Assembly (NCBI GenBank): GCA_012295275.1
Contig: CM022674.1
Span: 16,058,001 to 16,122,000, forward strand
Direction of reading: 5' to 3'
Length of the DNA: 64,000 bases
DNA from: Chrysomallon squamiferum
Lineage: Eukaryota > Animalia > Mollusca
The stretch's first letter is position 1. Every line of letters starts with the position of its first letter. The notes below the pieces were generated by a model. The model did no database searches, had not been told where the DNA came from, and saw only the letters and a list, made by a program, of their open reading frames with translations. The translations under genes and the position numbers were made by a program. Shown here piece after piece: positions 15,456 to 37,327 of this stretch.

Positions 15456-15910
15456 AACAAGACTGACCTGTCAGCAGCGTGGCGTCACTAAGAACTCGCA
15501 CAACCAGCTTGCAGCACCCAGACAACAAGACTGACGTGTCAGCATCGTGACGTCACTGCGAACTGGCACAACCAGCTTGCAGCACCCAGACAACAAGACT
15601 GACGTGTCAGCATCGTGACGTCACTAAGAACTGGCACAACCAGCTTGCAGCACCCAGACAACAAGACTGACGTGTCAGCAGCGTGACGTCACTACGAACT
15701 CGCACAACCAGCTTGCAGCACCCAGACAACAAGACTGACGTGTCAGCATCGTGACGTCACTGCGAACTGGCACAACCAGCTTGCAGCACCCAGACAACAA
15801 GACTGACGTGTCAGCATCGTGACGTCACTACGAACTGGCACAACCAGCTTGCAGCACCCAGACAACAAGACTGACGTGTCAGCCGCGTGACGTCACTACG
15901 AACTCGCACA
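15456..15910 (+). repeat. 68-bp tandem repeat, about 6.7 units, with a GTGACGTCAC palindrome in most units
   Basis: Unit caacaagactgacgtgtcagcatcgtgacgtcactacgaactggcacaaccagcttgcagcacccaga with period 68 (15521, 15589). Confidence 0.95.
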
Positions 15911-17440
15911 GTTGTTTAATGTAGCTATGTTTATTACAATATAAATTGCATCACACATACTCGATTTGAGCATTCAGCAAACAAAATTTGGCGACCTAAT
16001 TACGTTCAAATCAAGCGATTAAATTTCTCAGGAACAGTACATGATACTGGGAATGCATAATAAGGAGACTTGTGTTTAAATAAAGTGTGATCATCAATGA
16101 ACGGAATTAATAACGTGAACTGAGAGAGAAAACATTACAAAAATTCACTTTATTGTAGAAGAAAAGAAGATAATATTAAAAAATAAAATAATTTTAAAAA
16201 TGTGAAAAAATATATTAAAGAAAAAAGTGAAAGAAAAACAGTGTATGAGGACAGACGTCAAATTCTACTGAAGAAGAAGAAGAAGAAGATAACGTTCAAC
16301 AATCTAACTGTACCAAATAATAAAATACATCTGATTACCTTTATTATTTTTTTTCTTTTTTTTTTTATACTATATTATTGTTCTTCGTCCTGCGTTTGTG
16401 TTTTTTTTCGTTATTATTGTTATTGAACAATTGCTATTATTTATCTTGAATGTTGTTGCACGTAAATGTTTTCGTACTTTCCTATTTATTTCGACACTTA
16501 CGCGCAGACCTCGTATAAACAGTGAATTTTTCAAATCGTCGTATATAACAATCGGCTATACCTCTTTGTATCTCGTGCAGCTCTGACACACTGATTGTAT
16601 CTAACCTACATAACAAACAAACATACATTTGCTATACTGGGTATCCGAGTATGATTTGAGTACGATTACATGTACAGGGATATATTTGGAAAACGAAAAC
16701 AGCATTACAAAATTATCTTTACGTATGCTTTAACGATGTGTAACATAAAATAATAATTAAAAACAAACAAAAACAACAACAACAAACAAAGAAACAATAA
16801 CTGCACAATAATTAACATTAATCTACAAAAGTCGTATGTATAGAATCATCGAAACCGCAAAGTACGAAACCGACTATTTTCCCCCGTAAAATGTAATAAA
16901 ATATTTAAATTTCGCATCAATCCGTGTTTAACAAGTATACACCATTATTATTTGTTTAGCACGGACGAACAACACATACAGCTTGACGTATTTAATGTAT
17001 GTCTATTTTCACTACTGTTAACTATTTTCCCCGCGAAATATAATAAAATATTTAAAGTTGTCGTCAGTCCGCGTTTAGCACTGAGAAACAGTCGTTATAT
17101 TTTAACATATTTAACATCAGAGTGTCCAACCTTTTGTTAAGTGTCAACAATCATCTAGTATCCTTTGTCTGTACGCTCGTTTATGAACTGTGAAATAGTC
17201 GTACCATGATATAATCCTACAATGTGCAAAGTTGGGTTAAGTCCGGTTACAAAATACTTGTATTATTTGTAATACATTTTAGATTTGTCTGTGTGCCTGT
17301 TTATGAATTGTCAAACATTTACATCTAGAATAATTATACAGTGTATAAATCTGGATTCAGTTAGGTTTCCGATTATAAGATTAAGCTTAGTCACTCAAAG
17401 CTTAGATACAAAAACAGGAATCAGGATAAAGATTAAGTTA

Positions 17441-17591
<151 letters not shown>

Positions 17592-18016
17592 CAAGCATAG
17601 ACATACAAACATTTGTTTGTAATATATATTTAACAGAAAACCAATTGATATTTTATGTCAGTAACCTGGGTTTTTTTTACCTTGAACGAGTGAAAATAGA
17701 TTATTTTGTATATAAATATTTCTAGTTTGCTAACCAGCTTTATGGGATAGTTAAGTATTTTGTTTTGTCCTTTGCATTATATACGCACTATTGTACATTA
17801 GCAATTTACAGTATCTTGATTATATTGAAACAACTGCGAGAAGAAGAAAACTCAAAATTCTGAGATGTTTAACTTAATAAATGCTGGTTATATCTGATAA
17901 TTTATGTCTAACAACAGACCATGTTCCTTCAAAGTTGTTAAATTTGTTTTTTACCTGTCAGCTGTAATTAATTATATTCCTCTTTGGATAACAAAATGAC
18001 TACATTAATTAACAAC

Positions 18017-18440
18017 AGGAAGATGGTAAAACAATAAGGTGGATCCCACATTCTGGCTGCTGTCAGTTCAAATATTCAAAACTAACCAGTTTATATTAAA
18101 ATTTGAAGAATAAATTATGAAGCTGTGCAGTTTTATATCTTAGAACAAATTTTAATGTTTCTATTTATTTCTTTTAAGACTGTTTTAGTTCATGCAGTCA
18201 AAGGTTCTAATGTTTTCGGTTGTCCAGATCATCTGATGTGTGTATATATAGTAAATGAAAAGAAATATTTAAAACAAAGAAAAACAAAAAGAAACATTTG
18301 TGTAATAATTATTATAGTAGCAATATAGAACAGTGCTGTATTTAAGAAATAACATTTATAGTGTACAGGTTTCAAAACTTTGATATATAGGGAAAGTATA
18401 TTTACTAGTTTGAGATATCTATCTGTCTGTCTCTGTGTCT
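18017..18440 (+). pseudogene. Decayed copy of the PCSK7-like DDGKTVDGPHILAA exon plus following intron
   Basis: gaagatggtaaaacaataaggtggatcccacattctggctgct|gtcagttcaaat matches 21785-21840. Intron 18062-18440 matches 21827-22095. Confidence 0.75.
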
Positions 18441-18655
18441 ACCTATTTATTTATTGATCAGTTTGTCTATCTGTCTCTACATCTACATATCTGTCTGTGC
18501 AGATCATGACAAGAATTTACTACTGAGTGTGTGGGTAAATGTAGGTGCAGATAGAATATTAAACTTGTAAACATATGTTTGTTTTTAAATAAACATTTTT
18601 AAACATTTTTGTCCACAGATTCTTCACTTCTACAGATGAACTCATTCAGTAAAGC

Positions 18656-21826
<3,171 letters not shown>

Positions 21827-22128
21827 GTGAGTTCAAATCTTCACAACTGACTGGTTTATTGTAATTAAAGAAAACAAATTATGAAAGTATAGAATGTTAT
21901 ATGTCAGAACAAATTTTAATTTTTCTTTTTATCTCTTGTCAGATCATTTTAGTTCAGCTGTACTGTATTTAAGAAGTAACATTTACAGTGTATATGTTTC
22001 AGATTTTCGATATGTCACAGAAATATATTCATTCTAAGAAATACTTCACTCTAATCATACCTGTTTTGAGATACCTATCTGTCTGTCTATCTGTTTATTG
22101 AAGATTATGAAAATAATTTACATATGTA

Positions 22129-22163
<35 letters not shown>

Positions 22164-23119
22164 CAGAGAGCATGCATGTGTGTATGTGTGTGATGGATAT
22201 ATAATTATGTACATACACAAAAAAAAAGAGTGATAGTGTGATGATTTGTTATAATTTATTTGTAGATGAACCTTTGGCAAAGATAGGCAACAACAAGAGA
22301 TCACACTAGCTCCTTCTATTAGCAGTATCAAAGTTGCAGTATAACACTATATAGGATATTCACTTTATATCAGCAAAGATGAAGGAAGAACAGTTAGATC
22401 AGTACTTGTATGTCAACTCAGGCCTGAAGCAAAGAAAACTTTACAACCTGTCCAACCTGATTTCTGCACTGAGCCACACAACAACAAAACCAGTCATCTT
22501 TTCAGTTGTTGCAGGATAAGCAAGCAACTACCAACCTGAAACACTGGACAGTATTTACTTTCAGAATTGTTTCATGAACCTTTTACATCTGTCAGTAAGG
22601 AAAAGTTAATTATTGTCAGAATGTGTTCATCGAAATCTGATAGTAAGGAAGAGGCACTGAATTACAAAACTAACACAAAGTTACAATCAAACAACAATGA
22701 AATGATAGATGAGCAACTCTGTTTAAACAAGTATCTCTCTTACCAAGTTCAGTGCACATTATTTCTTACCAATGTGGAATACTGTGCCTACTGAAGGTGA
22801 ATTCTTGACACAGAGATAACTATTTATTAATGAGCAGTTTTGCATTGTAATAATGGAAAAAACAGGAGAGTTTTTTCAAACTGGCACTATTACCAGAACT
22901 TGTTGGAAACTGCACTCAAAACACATTTAGCGCTGTATATTATACCTTTCGGCATCCTGAATGAGAACTGTAAGGAATTCAAGAAGAAAACATGAAAAAG
23001 AAAAACAAAGACAGTAAATTAAATATGTTTTTAATGTTTTTGTATCCCAAATTTTATGATGAAAAATTAAAAATAAACAAGTTGCTATTAATTATTATTA
23101 TTATGTTTTCCTGTTGAAG

Positions 23120-25209
23120 CTGATTAGAAAATGTACATGGTAACTTTAAAGAAAATATACAGGATATCTTTAATCTAAAACGTATTATTAGAAAATATAC
23201 AGTGTAATTTTAAACAAAAAACGTTTTATTAGAAATATACAGTGAAACTTTAATCAAAAATGTATTATTTAGAAAACATACTGAACAAATTTAAAACAAA
23301 AAATAATAATACTAAAAAGGACGAACTGATTGAAAATATACAGGGTAACGTTAAGCAAAAAACATTTATTAGGAAACTACAGTGAAACTTTAAACAAAAA
23401 CATATTATTGGCAAATACACAGGCAACTGAAATCAAAAACAGATAATTAGAAAATATAAAGGATTTCTTTAAAAAAAATATGTATTATTAGTAATATATA
23501 GGATAACTTTAAACAGAAACGTGTTATTATATAGAATATAAACAAAAAATATTATTAAAAAAAAAAAAGTGTGTTTATTAGAAATGAATAGAAATGAATG
23601 AAAGCTTTAAAGAAAAAAAAAATGTATTATTAGAAAAAAATACATGATAACTTGAAACAAAAAACGTATAATTATTAGAAAAAATATGCAGGATGACTTT
23701 GAACAAAAAAAACGTATTTTTTAAGAAATATACACGATATATTTAGACAGAAACGTATTATTATAAAATATACAGGTCAACTTTAATCAAAAATATACTA
23801 TTAGAAAATATACAGGATAACGTTAAAGGAAAAAAAAAAGAAATTGTAAGAAAATATACAGGATATTTTTAAAAGCAAAAGGTATTATTAGAAAATATAC
23901 AGTGTAATGTTGAACAAAAAACGTTTTATTGAAATATACAGGTAAACCTTAAAACAAAAAAACATCTTACTAGAAAATATACTCGACAACTTTAAAAAAA
24001 AATAATAATTATAATAAATAAAAAAAATGAAACTCGAATTGCTAGAAAATATACAGGGTAACGTTAAACAAAATAGATTTATTAAAAATATGCAGCGAAA
24101 CTTTAAATGAAAAACGTATTATTGGCAAATATACACGTAATTTTAATCAAAAACAGATAATTAGAAAATATACTGGATAACTTTAAACAAAACACGTATT
24201 ATCGGAAAATTTACAAAACAACTTTAAACAAAATATTAGGAAAATATACAGGGTAACTGTAAACAAAAAAACGTATTATTAGAAAACATAGAGGATAAAT
24301 TTAAACAAAAACGTATTATTAGAAAACATAGAGGATACGTTTAAACAAAAACGTATTATTAGAAATATACCGTGAAACTTTGAACAAAAATATACTATTA
24401 GGAATATATACAGGGTAACTTTAAACAAAAACGTATTATTAGACAATACAGGTGATAAGTTTAAACAAAACGCGAACTGTTAGAAAATATACAGGCCAGT
24501 GTTAAACAAAAACGATTTATTTTTAAATATACCGTGGCATTTTAAACAAAAAAAGTATTGTTAGAGATACACAGTGAAACTTTATACAAAAAAGCCTATT
24601 ATTTAGGAATATATACAGGAGAACTTTAAAAAAAAAAAATAGCATCGTTAGAAAATTATTAGAATAAAAATGCATTATTACAAAATATACTGGATAACTT
24701 TAAGTAAATATATAGCTATAAAATGTACAGGATGAATTTAAACAAAAACGTATTATTAGGAAATATACAGGTTAACTTTAAGCAAAAACGCTCTATTAGA
24801 AAATACTCAGGGTAACATAGCGTAACATTATACAAAAGCATATTCTTAGCAATATACAGAGAAACTTTAAACATGAATATATTTGTGCACATATACAGGT
24901 CACTAAAAAAATATATTATTACAAATATGCAGTATTAAATTAATTTAAAAAATATTATTAGAAATATACAATGAAATGTAAAAAAAAATAACCTATTTTC
25001 AGAAATAAGCCTATTATTAGAAAAATATCAAGTTCGAGAAAAAAAATTAGAACAACAACAAAAACACAACAACAACGTATTATTAGAAATATACAGTGTA
25101 ACTTTAAAACAAAAAAAATATTATAAGAAATATGCAATGTAACTTGATCAAAAACGTATTATTAGAATTATGGGGTGTAGCTTTTATATATTATTATTAT
25201 TATTATTAC

Positions 25210-25248
<39 letters not shown>

Positions 25249-25400
25249 CATCATTAAACATATGCACTGTAAATAAGTAAGAAATGTATTACTAGAAATA
25301 TACAGTGCACTATTAAACAAAAACGTCCCAGAAATATACAGAATAAGTATAGACAAGAACCTGTTTTAAAGAATATGCTGTGTAAGTTTAAACAGGAAGG
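23120..25400 (+). repeat. Degenerate AT-rich satellite, unit about 40-41 bp
   Basis: Recurring attagaaaatatacaggataactttaaacaaaaacgtatt variants, roughly 50 units. Confidence 0.9.
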
Positions 25401-25818
25401 TGCTATTAGGGATAACATTGTAATTTTAAACATAAACTTATAAATGAAAAAAATGCAGTGCATCTTTTAACAAAAAAGTTAATATTAAATGTATCTTAAA
25501 AAAAAAAAAGTGTATCATCATCATCATCATCAGCAACAACATTATCAACATCATCGTCACCGTTTTCTTCACCATACTGAATCTTCTCTTTAGTCGTTGT
25601 ATGATTGTTTTAAGTAGAAACTGACCAGGCACAGATTTCTCAGTTCTGTTAAAATGTTTACTTTGAACAAGTCTGTAAAATAATAACAATAAAAAAACAA
25701 AAACAAACAGAAAAAAAAAAACTTAAATGAGTTTTTACTCTGACTGATAGAGAACCACGAAGTAAATTATGATAAGTGTTAGCCTGTATCTGAGGTGATT
25801 GATTTTCTGTACCTGTTT

Positions 25819-25912
<94 letters not shown>

Positions 25913-25995
25913 CACATATAAGTATCTATATTTTTTAATTTATATTTCAGATGGTCCAACAAATGTTTCAATCACTGGATTTTCTGTACTTGTTT

Positions 25996-26105
<110 letters not shown>

Positions 26106-26251
26106 GGAGTTTAAATTCATCATAAAAACACTTGTTCTAAACAAAAGTTATGGTCTCTACTGACAAAGAAATATTTAATATTAATTAAATATGTTATGCG
26201 CCTTGATTTACATGAAAGAGAACAGAAAGTAGAAGCTTTTGTCGATCCTGT

Positions 26252-26389
<138 letters not shown>

Positions 26390-26391
26390 AG

Positions 26392-29890
<3,499 letters not shown>

Positions 29891-30379
29891 ATCAGGTAAA
29901 GTGAAAATTTTATATTAATAACTTGTTGGTCATCCTAGCGATATTAGCAAATTTAGAAATAGCTTTATCATTACAGCAACGTTAGTAGTAGTTGTAGTAA
30001 TAATATAAGTTATAGTTGTGTAGTAGTAGTAGGAGCACCAACAGAATAAGTAGAAATGTTGATGGTAATGATCGTAGTCGTAGAAGTGGAAGTTCTACCA
30101 GCAATAATAATGATAACATTCACAGCTGCAGCTTAATTGTCTAGGTGACAGAGGTAGTTTTGGTTGCTGTGGAAGTTATAGAACTAATATGGTAATAGTT
30201 GTAGTTGTACTTTTTGTAATTCTACAAGTGATTGTTGTAGTGGTAGTTGTACTTTTTGTAGTTCTACAAGTGATTGTTGTAGTGGTAGTCGTAGGAGTAA
30301 TTTTTTTATGCACGTTCGTGGAATGCTCACCGTCTTCCATCTGACCTAATATCTTTAATATTTCCACAAAATACTGTAT

Positions 30380-30446
<67 letters not shown>

Positions 30447-30618
30447 TTTGATTTTTGATTTGATTTGTTTTTATTTCAGGTTAAAATCAATATGAAAAGA
30501 AAAGTACATGATTGTAATATTATTATATGTTAACATGTCTGTTTCAAGAAGGATCTTCACGTGGACATTCTCTGACATTTTTTATCTTTATGTCCATGGA
30601 ATCAACGTGAACGTTAAA

Positions 30619-30702
<84 letters not shown>

Positions 30703-31474
30703 TAATAATAATAATAAAATAAATAAATAAATAAATAAATAAAAAAAACAACAAAGGAAACAACATAGAGGTATGTTTGCTCGTGGGATCTTAGCACTTA
30801 GATGTGTGTTACAGGCGAGACGTAGGAATTACTTTCTGTTTCTGAAGGGTGACGCGGTTCAGAGAAATTAGTCTGGCACAGGTTTAAATAGAGAGAAAAA
30901 CAAATAGTTTAACTTTATTTATTTATTTGTTGTGATGAATTGTTATAGCTGTATATTTTACGAAGAGTTAATGAAAACATTCTAGTCTGGTGTTTTAACA
31001 TAATTTAACACTAGATATGTTAAAAAGTTAACTGGCATGTATAACACACCACTCTCAGTGTGTTCAGATTTTCTCGTTTTTTTTTTTTTTTTTCTGACAA
31101 TGAATTCAAGAACTATAAACAATGTAGTTCATAGCTGTGGATTTTAGTTTTCTAAAATATATTTCCCATCATACCTCTGTAAAAAGAATTGATTTCACAT
31201 GATCTCTATCAGTAAGGACACACTGGGTATTCGGAGACACTTCATCGGGGGAGCCCCACCTGTAAGTAAATTATATTAAGTTTATTATTTATTAAACATA
31301 AACTTAGCAACTGTTTGTTTATTTAATTATGTATGACATGTAAATAAACGAAAATCAGATAAATAGATAAATTTGTATATTTGTATCATTAATTTTTACT
31401 TGTTTTATTTTTGGATTTAATTTGTGTTTAAAATGTAAACAGATGAATTATATACAAATAATTTTTCAAGTATA

Positions 31475-31559
<85 letters not shown>

Positions 31560-31947
31560 ATAATATAAATAATACGCAAATATCTAAAATAATAACTGAT
31601 GTTTTGAGACAGGATCCCAGGCTAGCTCTTATATGTGTACTTTATGTGTGTAGTCTGTTCACAGTATGTGTGTGTGTATATATATAGTGTGTGTGTGTGT
31701 GTCGTTATCATGACTAGGGGATTATAAGACTATGACAATGATTGGCAAATTTTAAACTGTGACAGTAATATATATATATAGACACAAAATAAATAACATC
31801 AACAAGAGAACAGTTTGAGTTCATTATTTATATGCAGAATATGTCTCGTAATAATATGAAAAAATAGAAGCGGAACTAAATTATTTACGTTTTTGTGGAA
31901 ACGTCAGTTAAAACAATTAAAGTCGGGAGAATCAAGTTATTACGTTA

Positions 31948-31989
<42 letters not shown>

Positions 31990-32128
31990 AACAGTTTACT
32001 GATTACACTGCCTACTGACGGTAAAAGAACAAAAATAAAAGTATCTTAACAGATGCCGTCCAATTTATGCTGCTATAGGCAACATCCCTCTTGTCGCTTC
32101 CCGAATCAGAGCATGAATTTCAAATTCG

Positions 32129-32626
32129 CCTCAACCTCGTCTCAACTCTCGCCTCAACTCTCGCCTCAACCATCGTCTCAACCCTCGTCTCAACCCTCGT
32201 CTCAACCCTCGTCTCAACCCTCGTCTCAACTCTCGTCTCAACCCTCTCAACCTCGTCTCAACCCTCGTCTCAACCCTCGTCTCAACCCTCGTCTCAACCC
32301 TCGTCTCAACCCTCGTCTCAACCCTCGTCTCAACCTCGTCTCAACCCTCGTCTCAACCCTCGTCTCCTCAACCCGTCTCAACCCTCGTCTCAACTCTCAA
32401 CTCAACCTCGTCTCAACCCTCGTCCTCAAGCCTGAATCAACCTCGTCTCAACCTCGTCTCAACTCTCGTCTCAACTCTCGTCCTCAACCTCGTCTCAACC
32501 TCTCAACCTCAAAAACGTCTCAACCTCGTCTCAACCTCGTCTCAACCTCGTCAACCCTCGTCTCAACCCTCGTCTCAACCTCGTCTCAACTCTCGTATCA
32601 ACCCTCTTCGCAACTCTCGTCTCAAC
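32129..32626 (+). repeat. 11-12-bp minisatellite (cctcgtctcaac)n
   Basis: Direct inspection. It explains ORFs 32053-32664 and 32091-32435. Confidence 0.95.
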
Positions 32627-32744
32627 CGAGGAATCAAAGACAAAAACAAAGACACGCGTGTTGACAAATCTCAAAGCTGTCTTAGTTTATCAGTCAAAAC
32701 TAGCTGTATCCTAGCCGGTAATTAACGTAACTACGAAATTTAAA

Positions 32745-32784
<40 letters not shown>

Positions 32785-33545
32785 TAAAAAAAATGCCTTT
32801 AAAGGTTCGACATGGCATTTTTTTCAGTAAAAGGGCATTAATGATGGTCAAACAGAACTTTAATTATCTGCATATATCGAAATTTAAATACAGTTTATTT
32901 ACTGATTACAATCATTAATACATATTTATTTACTATCTGTCGTTGTTTTATCTTTTGTTTATCTCATAAAACTACATAATCTTTGGCTTTCTCTCGGTCT
33001 CTTTGCTTTTTCTGTAGACACTTTTGTTCTCTAAATATACTTTCCCGAAGACAACTGGTAATGTCGACTAACAATGGACAGCCTTTCTCTCAGATACATG
33101 AAAAGGAAAACTTAGGCTAAATAAAAGTCATTATAAGAGACTGATGTTCATGCACTGATTGTGTTCTATCACTTTCTAAACGTCAAGAATTGTATTACAT
33201 TCACACGAAATGTCTATTCTCAGCACGACACTAAAAAATACTCTCTCTGTGTTTGTCTTTATAACAAAGCAAATCTCACATTGATTATACTAGTAAAGCG
33301 AATACTGTCCTCCATTGTCAGTAAAACTAGAACCACAGTTGGTAGAAACAACCTTAATCACGGACTTTCTTCTGAATTTATTATTGATATATCTTAATAA
33401 CCTGTTTTTAAACGTTTATAATCATATATTTTTCAAGAAATATTGACATTGTATATTTCCACACATTTTAAAATTATTATCAAAAATATTTCTTTAACAT
33501 TTTTTATTCGAAAAGCCATTTTCTTTAATGAAATATCTTGAATAT

Positions 33546-36152
33546 TTAGTCCACCGACATTTTATTTCCAATTATTGTTGAATATTTTATTAAAGATGTT
33601 TTCCCTTCCCACATAAATTTACAAAATAATTTATGAATTTCATTTTCTACCCAATTTGGTACATTTATTGCACTAATCATATACCACAGTCTAGATGTTA
33701 ATAAAGTATTCCATACTTCAGCTTTTCCGTGCACAGTAAGTTTCCTTTGACTCCATAAGTTAATTAGATTAGACATTTTAGCTAATTTATTTTTCCAGTT
33801 CAAAGTTTCACATAATAGTTTATTTGGTCCTAAATATATACCTAGAATTTTAACATAGTTTTTATTTATTGATATTGGAATGTTAAAGGTTAAGTTTTCA
33901 ATCATGGTTTTACCAAGATAAAGTACTTCTGACTTATCTACATTGACTTTTGCCCCTATAGCACTACAATACATATTTATTGTATTAAAAACATTTTCTA
34001 CTGACTGAGCATCACAGACAGTTACTGTAGTATCATCTGCATGCTGAAATAATAAAGAATTAAGTTCATTTGTTATTCTAATTCCATTCATGCTATGTCT
34101 TTTTTTAATTAAATTATTTAAGGGTTCAGCTACAATAACATAAAGCATCATTGATATTGGACATCCTTGTCTAACCCCTCTTGTAATATTGAAAAAAGGT
34201 GTTAAATGTCCATTAATTTTTACACAACTTTTTATATTATTATATAGTATTTTAATCCACTTTATAAAATTATCACCAAAATTGAATTTTTTCAAAACTT
34301 TTAAAATAAAACTATGTGATACTCTATCAAATGCTTTCTCTTGATCTATTTTTACTATATACCCTTCTGTATTATTTAACTCGACAATATCTATAATATC
34401 TCTTACTGACATAATATTGTCAGCAATATCTCTTCCTTTTACACAACAGCTTTGTTCTGATGAAATAATAGTTGACATTACTTGTTTAAGACGATTTGCA
34501 AGAACTTTTAGCAATAATTTTATAATCTACATTTAAAAGGCTGATAGGTCTGAAATTTTTAGGTCTGCTTTATCTCCTTTTTGCTTGTAAAATAAACTAA
34601 TTACTCCTTTTTTCATACTGCGTGACAACATTTCTTCTTTCTGAATTGACATAACTACTTTATGAAAGAAATTTTTAAAATTTTCCCAGAATTTAACATA
34701 AAATTCTACTGTTAGACCATCCAAACCAGGTGATTTATTTCTATTCATTTCTTTTAAAGCTTCAGTTAATTCTTCAATTGTAATGTCTTTCTCACAGTTT
34801 TCACTTTCAGATTCTTTTAGTTTATTTGATATTAAATTTATTATTTCTTCCTGTTTAATAATATCTACATTTTCTTGCGTAAATAATTTTGAATAAAAGT
34901 CATAAGCATATTGTAATATATCTTCTGTTTTTCTTGTTAATCCATTTACTGTTTTTAGCTCTTTAATAGAATTTGATTCTTGTTTTGATTTTTCTAAACT
35001 GAGAAAAAATGTGGTATTTCTATCCATATCTAGATTCCAATGAGCTTTAGATCTCAAAATAGCACCATTACATTTAGATCTCTCAATTAATTTTAATTTT
35101 TCTTCTAAAATTTGTATGTTACTCAAATCATGATGATTATTTACAGCTAGTTTAGCATATTCTCTTTTCAAAGCATTTTGTATATTATAATATTTTTCGT
35201 TATCTGATTTTCTCTTTTTAATTGCAAAATTTCTTGCACATGTTTTCATTTTATATTTTAAGTTGTCCCACCAAACACTAGGTTCAGTCTGTAACAAAGG
35301 ACACTCAGAAGCATTATTAATAACTTCAATAATAGCTTTACAAAAACTTTCATCTTTCAACAATTCATTATTAAAGATCCAAATACCTTGACCTCTCTCT
35401 ACATGAGAAAAATCTATTTTAAGTGATAAAAAATTGTGATCACTAACCGAGGTATAGGATATGTATACATTACTTATAAACTGCAATAAATTTCTAGAAA
35501 TTAAGAATAAATCAATTCTTGACTGTTTTATAGTTTTTTCAACTATTTGAGATCTAGTAAATTGCCTTTTATCTGGATTTCTGTGTCGCCAAATATCAAC
35601 TAAATTATAATTAAAAATAACTGACTGTAATTCATTACTACTTTTTATATTGAAAGTTTTATTATTAATGCCCAAATCTAAATTAGGATCTAAAATGTCA
35701 TTAAAATCTCCTGCCATTATTGTATTTTTTAAATCCACAAATTTACATAATCCTTTAAAAAATAAAATTCTTTCTTCAATATTATTTGGTGCATATACAT
35801 TTATAAAACTGTATTCTTCTTCATCTATTTTCGTATTAATTTTTAAAATCCTGCCTTCAGTGTCGCAACTATTAAATGTAAACTTATAAGGACATTCTTT
35901 TGATACCAGTATTGCTACACCCCTTCTTTTTTTATTTGGACAATTATTATAAAATATATTTCCTTCCCATAAATGTTTATATCTCTCAATGAAGTCATTA
36001 TCCCAAAATGTTTCCTGTAGAAAAATAATATTTGCATGTTTACTTTTAAATGTTGCAAAAACTGAATTTAATTTCTCAATATCTCTCAGTCCGTTTACAT
36101 TTATAGACAAGATCATAGTTAGAAGTAGAAAAATTAGTGAACTATTACCCAT
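33546..36152 (-). CDS. LINE ORF2: AP endonuclease + reverse transcriptase (frameshifted, truncated)
   Basis: SINVNGL, LQET, NVYAPN, AGDFN, SRIDLFL, SDH (APE); KSPGLDGL, IDQEKAFDRV, GVRQGCPIS, QHADDTT (RT). The two ORFs are in the same frame and are separated by compensating indels at about 34505-34560. Confidence 0.93.
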
Positions 36153-36164
36153 TTTTAAAATATT

Positions 36165-37327
36165 CTATATCTTGTCTATATCCTCCCCCCCATACTCATT
36201 CATTACCCTGGCAACACTTTCTCTCACACTTTTCATGTGTGCTGCTTGTCTCTTTTTTTGTTTTCTATTTTCTACCAAGCTCCACAGTTTTTCTTCTGAT
36301 GGACGCTTGATCAATCTCGTTCGACGCTTTGTTTTACTCTGCTTACTATTTTCTGCTTCGATGGTTCCAGCTTCCTTGTTAGTAATTTTCACTTTGGTGT
36401 TTTATCAGGGGATTTTCTTGGTTTTTCTCCATTTTCTGATTTTTGTTGTTCCTTGTTGATTTCCATTTCTGTTGTATTTATCCTCTGGATACTTTCTGCT
36501 TCAATTTCTTTTTTCTCCTTTGATTTTACATTATATTCCATACCATCACTGTCACTGTCGCTGTTTTTTTTTGTTCATCGCTGTCATACTCTGACCAACA
36601 CTCACATTCATCCTCTTTGTTTCCACACTTTTCACACAGAAATATGTTCGGGCAGTTTCTAGCAAAATGTCCTTTTTGTTTACGGTTATGACACCTTATA
36701 TTTGGACAGTCTTTCAACAAATGATTATCCGCCATACAGTTGTAACAGACTTTTATTTGATTGTCATGTAAAACACGAAAATATTTTATTCCTTCATAAG
36801 TCTTAAATTTCATTGAGTATGGTAAACTTTTTATTCCGGGTGGAAATTTCACTCTCACATATCTTGTTCCATCTGCAATTTTTGTCCCTTTGTATAGCCT
36901 TCTATAAATTGGTGATAAAATTTCTAATTTCCATTTGTTTCAATTTTTCTTCAATTTCTTCATCTTCAATGTAGGCAGGCAAGTGCAAAAAGGAAACTAC
37001 TACAGTTTCAGATTTCAAAATTCTCGCCTTTATTTTTAGACCTTTCAATTCTGTTTCATCAATTTCCGTAATCTTTCTCGCTTGTATAATATCTTCTAGT
37101 GTTATTTCATAAGAGTCGGATTCTTTCGGTACGCACGCTTTTATCACATCACCCACCTGGCCACTTACAAAATCTATCATGTCGCCTGCTGAAATTTTCT
37201 TGTTATCTTCTACATTTACAATCACAGTGCATTCTTTTTTAAAAACATTTTTTCTCATTCCTTCTTTTTTTAAATTCATATCTTTGATCTTTTCTTCGTA
37301 ATTTTCAGATTCTTGCACCCAAGACAT
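36165..37327 (-). CDS. LINE ORF1 (gag-like, CCHC zinc knuckles), frameshifted
   Basis: MSWVQESE..VVVSFLHLPAYIEDEEI..; RVKFPPGIKSLPYS..FRVLHDNQIKVCYNCMADNHLLKDCP..CHNRKQKGHFARNCP. Typical Tx1-like ORF1, split over three ORFs. Confidence 0.88.

Noticed and set aside
12499-15910. CRISPR-like arrays (49-bp and 68-bp repeats)
   Set aside because: Units are head-to-tail with no unique spacers, there are no cas genes, and the context is eukaryotic.
32053-32664. 203-aa SQPS/RLNP repeat protein
   Set aside because: It is open only because the 12-bp minisatellite lacks stops, and there is no splice or domain evidence.
30814-33060. Possible small exons (30815-30881, about 31210-31261, 33019-33057)
   Set aside because: Splice-like signals are present but no recognisable, consistently phased peptide results.
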